A model generated the notes under the pieces. It made no database searches. It saw only the letters and a list, made by a program, of their open reading frames with translations, and was not told the DNA's origin. Positions 17,478 through 26,309 of a DNA stretch of 64,000 nucleotides are shown here, piece by piece; the first letter of the stretch is position 1, and each line of letters begins with the position of its first letter. The DNA comes from an uncultured Pseudomonadota bacterium (GTDB taxonomy: Bacteria; Babelota; Babeliae; Babelales; Vermiphilaceae). The stretch spans positions 35,413 to 99,412 of the forward strand of contig CAYQJQ010000003.1 in the NCBI GenBank assembly GCA_964417975.1. The letters run 5' to 3'. Position numbers and translations under genes: made by a program.

Positions 17478-17827
17478 GGGTTACTTAATGATGGCTGAAA
17501 AAAACAAAAGCTTATGGGTGTACCATATCCACGCTCTGGCTGTATACATATTTCTTTAATTGATACGGTCGAACGTAACAGTATATTGCGCGTTTTAATC
17601 GAAATACTGTAGTTATCAGAAATCAGGTGCTGTGGCATCGTACGATCTAGTTGTGTTTTTTCAACAAAACGAATACCACAGTGTATCGTTTCTAAATCAA
17701 TAGCGGACTTGGTATACAAACTCGTAATCATGCCCATATAAAGACCGATTGCACTGAGCAGAAGAAAGGTAACCGAAATACTAATGATTCCGTCTAATAA
17801 GGCGAATCCAGTCACTACTTTGTTCAT
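17474..17827 (-). CDS. type IV pilin-like / minor pseudopilin
   Basis: MNKVVTG/FALLDGIISISVTFLLLSAIG is a prepilin-type N-terminus (G/F-x-L-L-D) with an acidic residue at +5; 117 aa. Confidence 0.55.
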   Translation of the reverse strand: MNKVVTGFALLDGIISISVTFLLLSAIGLYMGMITSLYTKSAIDLETIHCGIRFVEKTQLDRTMPQHLISDNYSISIKTRNILLRSTVSIKEICIQPERGYGTPISFCFFQPSLSNP

Positions 17828-17951
17828 TACTATTCCTATGCAAAATACTTTTAAAATAAGATATAAATAAACTTTTTATTAATCAACTGTTAGATTTAGA
17901 ATAAACTGGTATACAATGAGAAAAAATCACCTAACATCCTTAAGGAGTAAC

Positions 17952-19778
17952 ATGTTTAAAAAAACGTTCTTATTATGCTTTATGCTTACTGGATTTTATT
18001 ATATAGGTCTTAGTTCTTTTCAGGGACAGCCGTCTATGGAAGAAATAGAACAGCTACAAGCAGAGTTTAATAAGATGTCCCCTGAGGAACAGCAACGCAT
18101 CCTAGAAGAACAACAGAGGTTCTACGAACAAGAACTAAGCAAATTACCCCCAGAAGAAAGAAAACGAATAGAAGAATATCAGCAGTTCCAAGAAGAAGTC
18201 GCTAAGGAATTTGGCAAATTATCACCCGAAGAACAAGAAGCATTAATCACTAAGGCTCAAGAAATTCAAAAAGCTATCGATGAAGAGATCGGGGCTGAAA
18301 AGTTAGCAACAATGTCATTTGAAGAACTAGAAAAATGGATTGAAGGTAGGTTTGGCAACGATACAAGCAACCCTCAACCAGAGTCCAACCAAGAACAAGT
18401 AGCACCGGCGGCTCCTGTGCAAGAATCAGTAGCAGATGCTACTCAAGCTTCATCTAATGTTACCGCTCAATTAAAAGTAATTACTAAACATACGGAATCC
18501 CTCCTTCTCAAATGTAATAACATGCCTGATTTACCAGGCAAGGTAGAGCGTTGGGTTACAAAAGGAACCTTGCGTAATTGGGATAAATCAACTCAGTATA
18601 GCGGTATGCGTAATACTATTGAAAAGTTAAATCAATATTTCCAAACATTATTAACAGAAACCGGTGAGGCATGGTATGGCAAGTATCTGAATACTAATGC
18701 CGCTATTTTAGATATCTTAGGTACACTTGAAAAAAATCTCGTTGTATCAGAACCACTGATAGAAGCTAATACCTTTGGAATGAAAAAAATTGGCGCTCAA
18801 TCGAAAAAAAGTCTTATCGCTATTCTTGATACATTTGGCGACATTTTAAACAACAAAAAATTAATCGATGCATTACTAACTGCCGTAGAACCATATGAAC
18901 CAGAAGCGAAAAAAATGCGTCAATTAGCTGCTGATATTCAGAAAAAATCAGAAGGCGCGATACGCCGTTCTTCACCATCGGGTACCGTAAGAACGGGTAC
19001 AAGTGATTTTGGTGGGTATGGTAGCAATCAGTTGTCTTCAGGCGGCTACCCATCCTATGGTGGCGGTAATGCATATTATCAGCCGCAGTATAGCGGATAT
19101 AATGCTGCATCACCAAGCTACGGCGGTGATTCCTACACACGGCCAAGTTCCGGAACGCAAAAAGAGCAATCAGATAATACAAAACCTGCAGCTACTACTG
19201 CTCCTGGCGAGAAAAAAGAAACCCAAGAAAAGAAAAACAGTGCTACAAAAGCAGATACTACAGCACTCGATAAAAAAATGGTAATTATCGAAGAGATATT
19301 TCAAAAATTCCAACAATTGACTATCTCGATTCCACCTTCATTGACTGATAGTACACAGCAATGGTTTATCAATGAAAAGATACCTTCTGATGTAGAAATT
19401 GAATTTGTGAAAAAAAATCTACCGGAAATAATAACCTTTATGAAAGAAAAATTAGCTCCTGCTATCAAAACCATTAAAGGCGATATCCAAAGAAGTGCAA
19501 CACCGAAAGAGTATCAAAAGAAATTGCAAAAAATGTTTTCAAATGTGACACAAAGCATAAAAAAAATTAATGATTCCTTATGCGACCTAGAGACCAATTA
19601 TAAAAAATATAAAGAACAATTAAAATCCTATGCATACCTCTTTTTAAGAATTGGTAAAAATAATGATACAGAAGCAAAGAAATATGCCGATCTGAGTGTA
19701 TCTCTCTACGATTTACAATATCAATATTCATTTATAGAAGATGAAATAAATACATTGGTCCTCGAAAAGAAAAAATAA
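17952..19778 (+). CDS. secreted coiled-coil protein with SPEEQ repeats and a G/Y/S/Q-rich low-complexity segment
   Basis: The ATG at 17952 follows a strong SD (aaggag at 17943-17948) and gives the signal peptide MFKKTFLLCFMLTGFYYIGLSS. The ORF-track start at 17916 is in frame upstream. No enzymatic motif is recognisable. Confidence 0.6.
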   Translation: MFKKTFLLCFMLTGFYYIGLSSFQGQPSMEEIEQLQAEFNKMSPEEQQRILEEQQRFYEQELSKLPPEERKRIEEYQQFQEEVAKEFGKLSPEEQEALITKAQEIQKAIDEEIGAEKLATMSFEELEKWIEGRFGNDTSNPQPESNQEQVAPAAPVQESVADATQASSNVTAQLKVITKHTESLLLKCNNMPDLPGKVERWVTKGTLRNWDKSTQYSGMRNTIEKLNQYFQTLLTETGEAWYGKYLNTNAAILDILGTLEKNLVVSEPLIEANTFGMKKIGAQSKKSLIAILDTFGDILNNKKLIDALLTAVEPYEPEAKKMRQLAADIQKKSEGAIRRSSPSGTVRTGTSDFGGYGSNQLSSGGYPSYGGGNAYYQPQYSGYNAASPSYGGDSYTRPSSGTQKEQSDNTKPAATTAPGEKKETQEKKNSATKADTTALDKKMVIIEEIFQKFQQLTISIPPSLTDSTQQWFINEKIPSDVEIEFVKKNLPEIITFMKEKLAPAIKTIKGDIQRSATPKEYQKKLQKMFSNVTQSIKKINDSLCDLETNYKKYKEQLKSYAYLFLRIGKNNDTEAKKYADLSVSLYDLQYQYSFIEDEINTLVLEKKK

Positions 19779-19827
19779 ACTCTGTTTTTAAAGCAACAGC
19801 GCTTCAAGAAAAATCAACATTATAATT

Positions 19828-19863
19828 AAAAGAGGGAAATGATTTGTATCATTTCCCTCTTTT
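19828..19863. terminator. bidirectional rho-independent terminator between convergent genes
   Basis: A perfect 15-bp stem, aaaagagggaaatga (19828-19842) / tcatttccctctttt (19849-19863), with a 6-nt loop. A/T runs on both sides give U-tracts in both orientations. Confidence 0.8.
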
Positions 19864-19898
19864 GGTTTTCAACAACACCGACTTAAAACTGCATTCTT

Positions 19899-22865
19899 TT
19901 ATCGGCTCATTGCCAATAAAGTATGACATCTCTGGCAGAGGCCTTCGCTTGTCATGCCTTCTTCCCATTGCCAGCAACGTTGACACTTATCACCAAGTGC
20001 ATGCTCTACTAAAACATTCAAGCCAGGAATAGCGGTACGTGGCAACTCAGCGCTATGGGTAGTTATGGTACATTGCGAAACGATAGTAAGCTCTTTTATA
20101 AACGAACATAGAACTTCTTTGCCTTCTTGTGTAGCCAGATTAAAGAGTTCATTCAATGAAGATATGCCTTTTTCATGAACATCAATGGCAATAGTAAGTG
20201 ATACTTCAAGCGGATGCTTGACCAATCCGTCCGCCCGTTTTTCTTCTATGGCTTTCAATAGTACTGAGCGTATTTTTTTTATCAGTCCCCATTGTTGCTG
20301 ATAGCTTTCTTTAAATTGAATCAGGTCTGCTTCTGCAAATGAATGAGGGGCTGATAATGCCGCAGTAATTACTGCAGCATTTTTTTGTTCAACCTCAGCT
20401 GCTACCAAACTAATCCATATAGACGAGAGAGTATTCATGTCTTGTAAATGGATGGAGCATGATTTATCTTTTTGATATTCGTCGCTAATAAGCTCAGTCG
20501 TAAAAGAAAGTATTGGCGCTGCTAACTTAGTCAACGTATCCAGAATATAGTAACATGCCGTCTGTGCTGACCGTCGTTTATGACCATCAGCTTTCTCTGT
20601 GTACAAACGATCTTTTACTATATCAAGGTACAAGGCACTCAGATCATTGGTACAATATTCATTAAGCTCATGGTAAACACCAATAATGTCATACGAAACA
20701 TAGCTGTGCACAATACGGTGGTTCAGCATAAACAGTTGTTGTAATGCATACCGATCTATGAGGGTTAACTCATGCAAAGGAACAGCATCAGTGGTATGAT
20801 TAAAGTCATATAAATTTGATAATAAAAATCGTGCCGTGTTTCGAATTTTTCTAAATACCTCTTGCACGTTATTAACCAATACATCAGATAATACAACATC
20901 ACTATTAAAGTCATTACTTGTTGCCCATAAACGCACGCCGTCCGTACCTAATTTTGCAATAAGATCATTTGGGGCCACCACATTACCCAATGATTTAGAC
21001 ATTTTTTTACCATTACCATCAACAATAAAGCCTAAGGTCAAAAACGCTTTAGTGCATGGTTGCCGGTCGATGGCAATACTCGTTAAAAGTGAACTTTGGA
21101 ACCAGCCCCTGTGTTGATCTTTTCCTTCTAGATAGAGATCCGCAGGGAATGACAAATAAGGACTTGTTTGTAATACAGCACAGTGACTAACACCAGAATC
21201 AAACCACACATCTAAAATATCAGTTTCTTTTAACCATTCGACAGAACCACAATACTGACATGTGGTCGGTAATAAATGCTGCAGATCAGCAATGGGTAAA
21301 TTATCCCAGTATTCAACACCCTCTTTTGCAACACCATTGGCAACAAACAGGATAAGATTTTTATTGGTATGTAGTGCATCACACGTTTTACACAGTACAC
21401 CAACTAAAGGCACTCCCCAGGCACGTTGACGTGACAAACACCATTCGAGTCGTCCTTCAATGGTTGCCAGCAAACGGTTCGCTGACGCAGCCGGTACTGA
21501 CTGTATTCCAGAGATAGCCGTTAACGTCCTTTTTTTTAGGTCATTAGCGGCAAGATTGCAAAACCACTGCTTGGTCGCTCTGAAAATAAGGCCTTTGCGA
21601 CAACGCCAGCAGTGAGGGTAGGAGTGGCGTATGGTAGTTTTACCCAATAATGCTCCACAATGTGCTAGTTCTTTGATTACCCATATTTGACCATCTTCAA
21701 CACTCATGCCACGCAAAGCAAACGGTTCGACTGGTGCCATGTACCGCCCATCAGGAGTAATCGGCGCAAAAATCTCCAAATCATGCATAAGGGCAACTTC
21801 ATAATCATCAGGTCCCGATCCTGGAGAACAGTGTACAAATGCAGTACCCTCATTAGTCATAACTGATGCATGTGCAATCAGTGGAACCGTATAAGAAGGA
21901 TTAAGCGGATGGCCTAATAGTATGTTGTATTGGTCTAACTCCTGTGAATCAAATTCCTTTACTACGGTAATCTCCTTTTTGATGTCATTACCTACCTGCT
22001 CAATACATTCTTTACCGATAATAACTGGAATACTGTCAATAAGGGTAAGTACATAAGTAGTATCTGGCTTCATGAGCACTGCACGGTTCAATGGTATCGT
22101 CCACGGCATTGTTGTCCAGATAGCCACATACACATGATCATAATTATTGAAATATTTTTTTAACGTATCGTTCATTACGATTGGAAAAAGTACATATACT
22201 GAATTATCTTTGCGTTCTGCATATTCAATTTCGGCAGCTGCTAGTACCGTTTGACAATGAATACACCATGGTACTGTCTTATTTTTGCGCTCTATGTAAC
22301 CAGCATCAACCAGTTCAGCAAACGCATTCAATATAGATGACTCATACTCAGGAGACATTGTTAAATAAGGTTTATCCCAATCCATGAGTACGCCTAGCTG
22401 CTTAAACTCATCTTTTTGAACCCCAACCCAACGCTGCGCATACTTTCTACACGCTCTTTTTATGTCAGCTTTTGGCGCCTTTGCTAATTCCTTTTGTTCT
22501 TCAAGAACTTTTTGTTCAATAGGTAATCCATGACAGTCCCACCCTGGGGTAACCGGAACATGGTACCCAAGCATGCGGCGTGCTTTTGTAACGACATCTT
22601 TGATAATTTTATTGTATGCCGTACCCATGTGAATATGGCCATTTGAATACGGAGGACCGTCATGCAATATAAACACTGGTCCTTCTTGTGCATTTTTAAA
22701 GAATGTTTTTGTATATAGATCTTCTAACTGCCAGCGATTAAGTAACTTAATATCATCCTCTTTTGGGTTAGCGCGAATAGGAAATGCAGTTGTAGGAAGA
22801 TTTAAAGTATCTTTAAAGCTTTTTTTTGTAGCTTCCTTTGGTTCATTCATTGACGGTACTTTCAT
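19899..22865 (-). CDS. ileS: isoleucyl-tRNA synthetase (full length, bacterial type with C-terminal zinc finger)
   Basis: PPYSNGHIHMGTAYNKIIKD (HIGH-type motif), GWDCHGLPIE, a CP1 editing region, KMSKS (GKKMSKSLGNVV), an anticodon-binding domain and a C-terminal CQRCWQW...CQRCH. Confidence 0.95.
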   Translation of the reverse strand: MKVPSMNEPKEATKKSFKDTLNLPTTAFPIRANPKEDDIKLLNRWQLEDLYTKTFFKNAQEGPVFILHDGPPYSNGHIHMGTAYNKIIKDVVTKARRMLGYHVPVTPGWDCHGLPIEQKVLEEQKELAKAPKADIKRACRKYAQRWVGVQKDEFKQLGVLMDWDKPYLTMSPEYESSILNAFAELVDAGYIERKNKTVPWCIHCQTVLAAAEIEYAERKDNSVYVLFPIVMNDTLKKYFNNYDHVYVAIWTTMPWTIPLNRAVLMKPDTTYVLTLIDSIPVIIGKECIEQVGNDIKKEITVVKEFDSQELDQYNILLGHPLNPSYTVPLIAHASVMTNEGTAFVHCSPGSGPDDYEVALMHDLEIFAPITPDGRYMAPVEPFALRGMSVEDGQIWVIKELAHCGALLGKTTIRHSYPHCWRCRKGLIFRATKQWFCNLAANDLKKRTLTAISGIQSVPAASANRLLATIEGRLEWCLSRQRAWGVPLVGVLCKTCDALHTNKNLILFVANGVAKEGVEYWDNLPIADLQHLLPTTCQYCGSVEWLKETDILDVWFDSGVSHCAVLQTSPYLSFPADLYLEGKDQHRGWFQSSLLTSIAIDRQPCTKAFLTLGFIVDGNGKKMSKSLGNVVAPNDLIAKLGTDGVRLWATSNDFNSDVVLSDVLVNNVQEVFRKIRNTARFLLSNLYDFNHTTDAVPLHELTLIDRYALQQLFMLNHRIVHSYVSYDIIGVYHELNEYCTNDLSALYLDIVKDRLYTEKADGHKRRSAQTACYYILDTLTKLAAPILSFTTELISDEYQKDKSCSIHLQDMNTLSSIWISLVAAEVEQKNAAVITAALSAPHSFAEADLIQFKESYQQQWGLIKKIRSVLLKAIEEKRADGLVKHPLEVSLTIAIDVHEKGISSLNELFNLATQEGKEVLCSFIKELTIVSQCTITTHSAELPRTAIPGLNVLVEHALGDKCQRCWQWEEGMTSEGLCQRCHTLLAMSR

Positions 22866-23045
22866 TCATACAAAAATATAAAATTATTATTTCAGTATAC
22901 CCATTAACCAAGCAGATGTGAAAAAGAAAAAGAATTAAATGATAATACTCACCTATTTAAGACATAACCACTACAATCCATAATAATAGCTACACCATCC
23001 ACATAATAATTCATTTTTGCGAAATTTTTCATCCCAAACCAAACA

Positions 23046-24782
23046 CTAGTAATATTGAGCACCTTTTGCATGTTCGACTAAGACGTTAAATCCGGGAATT
23101 TTTGTAGCTGGTATATATACGGTAGGATCGGTAATTAAAACACATTTTTTAATCCCAATGAGATCTTGCATTAGTTCCTCAATAAATTCGTGAAAATAAT
23201 ACTGAATAGGATAGGGTTCACCTGCAATTTCACGCAGTTTTCTTTTATGACCTTTAAATAATCTATATAGCAACTTTAATTTTTTATTGTTAAGATCTAT
23301 CGACATTTTCAAAGCAACTTGCGAGGTATGAGTAAAGGAAAAAAGAGCTCTTTTTTCTTCTATTAAATCCAATAATATCAGTCGGATTTCCTTAATGATT
23401 TTCCATTGCTGAATGAAACTTTTTTTAAAGGACATCGGCTTTATTTTCACCCAAGTTTTATTCCATTCTATTCCGTTACCATAGGGGAGATCTATAATTT
23501 CTTTAATGGTTTTTGCATCTTTCCTCGTAAGTTCAGCGATACCTAATTTTTTCCATTCTTCAATTAACAGTAAAAATGGAGCTTGTTTAATTGAGACACC
23601 TCTGTCTCTTGTCAGTTCAAAATGAATACGCTGAGCAGTAAAAGGAAGAATTGGTACAATTAATCTTTGTAAGGTTTCCAGTATCAAGCGAGCAACACGC
23701 TGCGCATATATTTTACCCGTATTATTATGTACCTGAAACAACCGTTCTTTAACCGCTGGAAAATAAAAATTATGTAATTCATCGCAATATTCATCGAGTA
23801 AATTGCATACTCCACTGATATCAGATGAATGGTAACAATAAGAAATTCGATGGTTCAACATACAAAGTTGCTGTATAGTATAACACTCTAAAAAACTCAG
23901 AGAGTCATACACAACACCACTCTTTTCTTTAGGATCTAAAGCAGACAAAAGAAATTTTAAAACATCTTGAATTTTATTTAATTTCAAATTCAGTTCATTA
24001 ATATTTTGCATTGAAAACGTTATTTTTCCGTTACCATGATTACTAGCAACCCATAAACGAATTACTTCTGAGCGTAGTTCTGTAAAAAGAGATTTTGGAA
24101 TGACCTCATCCCACGAAGCACGAGATACAACAGTACAATTTTCATCCAATATAGGTCCTATTTTAATAAAATCCTTACTGATTAATCTAAGAAAAAACTC
24201 CTCATGATAATAGTTACATATTGGTTCATCAAGAACTTCAAGGGTGGGATATGATATATTGCTAGAAATAAAATTACTAAGGTTATTTTGCAAAGAAATC
24301 CATTCAGGTAAATGATTTTTGCATGCAGAAAAACAATTTTTGTTTATGGGATACGATATATTACTAATCATTAAATTACCAAGGTTCTTTTGCAAAGCAG
24401 TCCATTTGGGTGAATGATTTTTGCATATGGGATACGATATATTACTAGAAATGAAAATACCAAGTTTTTTTTGCAAAGAAATCCATTCGGGTGAATGATT
24501 TTTGCATACAGAAAAAAAATTATTGTCGATATGATTTTTTATGCAATTAAATCCAGGAGCAAGAGGTAGGTGATATTGAAGCATCCTAGCACAGGTTGCT
24601 ACCATATCATTAAGAATTGCACTATACACATCACCAATGGTAATATCTTTTTCTATGCACGATAAAGGTTCATCAGCAGTAAAAAATGTCCCTTCAGAAG
24701 GCACAGTGCCTATGCAAGAAATCGTGTCATATGCATTCATGGTACCGCACCAAAAATTCTTTATAAAAAACCTAATGTACAA
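23046..24782 (-). CDS. IleRS-derived paralog lacking the HIGH and KMSKS motifs, the editing domain and the zinc finger
   Basis: By-eye alignment to the adjacent ileS product over the N-terminal segment, the KMSKS-flanking segment, the anticodon-binding domain and the C-terminal IPGFNVLVEHA (details in findings). The ORF-track start at 24782 is a TTG; an ATG at 24740 (MNAYDT...) is an alternative. Confidence 0.7.
   Translation of the reverse strand: MYIRFFIKNFWCGTMNAYDTISCIGTVPSEGTFFTADEPLSCIEKDITIGDVYSAILNDMVATCARMLQYHLPLAPGFNCIKNHIDNNFFSVCKNHSPEWISLQKKLGIFISSNISYPICKNHSPKWTALQKNLGNLMISNISYPINKNCFSACKNHLPEWISLQNNLSNFISSNISYPTLEVLDEPICNYYHEEFFLRLISKDFIKIGPILDENCTVVSRASWDEVIPKSLFTELRSEVIRLWVASNHGNGKITFSMQNINELNLKLNKIQDVLKFLLSALDPKEKSGVVYDSLSFLECYTIQQLCMLNHRISYCYHSSDISGVCNLLDEYCDELHNFYFPAVKERLFQVHNNTGKIYAQRVARLILETLQRLIVPILPFTAQRIHFELTRDRGVSIKQAPFLLLIEEWKKLGIAELTRKDAKTIKEIIDLPYGNGIEWNKTWVKIKPMSFKKSFIQQWKIIKEIRLILLDLIEEKRALFSFTHTSQVALKMSIDLNNKKLKLLYRLFKGHKRKLREIAGEPYPIQYYFHEFIEELMQDLIGIKKCVLITDPTVYIPATKIPGFNVLVEHAKGAQYY
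24243..24506 (-). repeat. in-frame triplicated unit of about 81 nt (27 aa) inside the IleRS paralog
   Basis: The units are CKNHSPEWISLQKKLGIFISSNISYPI, CKNHSPKWTALQKNLGNLMISNISYPI and, after the linker NKNCFSA, CKNHLPEWISLQNNLSNFISSNISYPT. At the DNA level each unit ends in ...atgatttttgca on the + strand. Confidence 0.9.
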
Positions 24783-24872
24783 AAGAAAATGAGGTAACCA
24801 GTAGAAACTTGCAATGAAGCATGCTACCCTATTCCCTAAAATCTACTGACAATACACAGGATAACCAAAACA

Positions 24873-26285
24873 ATGCTCACAACAATGAAAAATAAAAAAA
24901 TTGGCGTATGGGGATATGGAGTATTCGGAAAAGCCATGGTGCAATTTTTACAAGAGCAGAACCACCAGATCGCTATTATGGATAAAAAAACAGTACCTGA
25001 ACAACTGGGCGAAGCAGAGATCCAGCGATATACCGAAGGAGAGAAGGGGCTGTTTTTTACCTGGGCAGATCTTATAATACCAAGCGCAGGAATTAAGATA
25101 GAAGACGATTATCAGACAATAAAAGACAAAATGATAACAGAGTTCGATTTTTTTTACACCGAAGTACAAAAAAGATGCACCGCCAAGATAATTGCCATAA
25201 CAGGAACGGTTGGTAAAACAAGTATAACAAAACTGTTATCAGACTTTTTGTTACTAGCAGGTAAAAAAATCGTATACGGCGGCAATATTGGCATCCCCAC
25301 CGTCCAGCTCCTCAAAGACATAGAAACCCAAAATCCTGAGTATATAATATTGGAAGCATCTAGTTTTCAACTGAACTACATAACCTCCTTCAAACCCGAT
25401 ATCGCTGTAATTACCAATATATCGCCAAACCATCTCGATTGGCATGGGTCAATGGCGGCATACACCCATGCAAAATTGAATATAATGCATACACAAAAAG
25501 AAACAGATCACGCCTACCTTCCGTACACCATAGCCAGACAGTTGCATTCAGAAGGAAAATTACCAAAAAGCTCTCTTCATATTCTCGGTGACATACCAGA
25601 GAATCAAGAGGTACTAGAGCCTGCTTCATGGTGGTATATAGAAAATGGGTGGATACACTGCAAAAAAAAGGATACCCTTACAAAAATAGTTGCGTGCAAT
25701 GACCTACCTGAAATAACCTTTATACAAAATTGGGTAACAGTAGTACAGATACTTTCACAGTTGAATGTTGATATAGTGCCACTGATCAAAAAGGCACACA
25801 CATTGACGGTACCACCACATCGTATGGAAAAAGTAAAAACACGATTACCGTTAACTGTTTATAATGATTCAAAAGCAAGTACTATAGAAGCAACGAATGC
25901 CGCAATAAAAAGACTACAAGACAACCCAATTCGCCTTATCCTCGGTGGGCATGGCAAAGGAGTAGACCGGACACCATTAATTATGGCACTACCACCCTCA
26001 GTAAAAAAAATATACTGCTTTGGCGTTGAAGCAGAAATACTTTACACTATGTGCGTACAACATAATAAAAATGCAGAATTATGTGACTCACTTGAATCAC
26101 TCGTTGAAACCTGTTTACATGAATCAGATCCTGGAGACCAGATACTTTTTTCACCAGCGGGAACCAGTTGGGATCTCTTTAAAAATTATGAGGAACGGGG
26201 AAACTTATTTAAAAAATTGGTAATGCATTGCGACGCAACCACTAAGATATTGCAATCACCAATCACAATAGACCATGCTAAGTAA
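24873..26285 (+). CDS. murD: UDP-N-acetylmuramoyl-L-alanine--D-glutamate ligase
   Basis: It has an N-terminal Rossmann-like KKIGVWGYGVFGKA and the Mur ligase P-loop ITGTVGKTSITKLL. The domain order and length are those of MurD, and ftsW lies downstream. Confidence 0.9.
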   Translation: MLTTMKNKKIGVWGYGVFGKAMVQFLQEQNHQIAIMDKKTVPEQLGEAEIQRYTEGEKGLFFTWADLIIPSAGIKIEDDYQTIKDKMITEFDFFYTEVQKRCTAKIIAITGTVGKTSITKLLSDFLLLAGKKIVYGGNIGIPTVQLLKDIETQNPEYIILEASSFQLNYITSFKPDIAVITNISPNHLDWHGSMAAYTHAKLNIMHTQKETDHAYLPYTIARQLHSEGKLPKSSLHILGDIPENQEVLEPASWWYIENGWIHCKKKDTLTKIVACNDLPEITFIQNWVTVVQILSQLNVDIVPLIKKAHTLTVPPHRMEKVKTRLPLTVYNDSKASTIEATNAAIKRLQDNPIRLILGGHGKGVDRTPLIMALPPSVKKIYCFGVEAEILYTMCVQHNKNAELCDSLESLVETCLHESDPGDQILFSPAGTSWDLFKNYEERGNLFKKLVMHCDATTKILQSPITIDHAK

Positions 26286-26309
26286 AAACAACTTTTACTT
26301 ATACCGACT

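Noticed and set aside
24243-24506. Regularly spaced repeats of about 81 nt that could superficially suggest a CRISPR-like or satellite array.
   Set aside because: The units are contiguous with no unique spacers apart from a single 21-nt linker. They are in frame inside a long ORF and diverged at the protein level, so this is a coding triplication rather than CRISPR.
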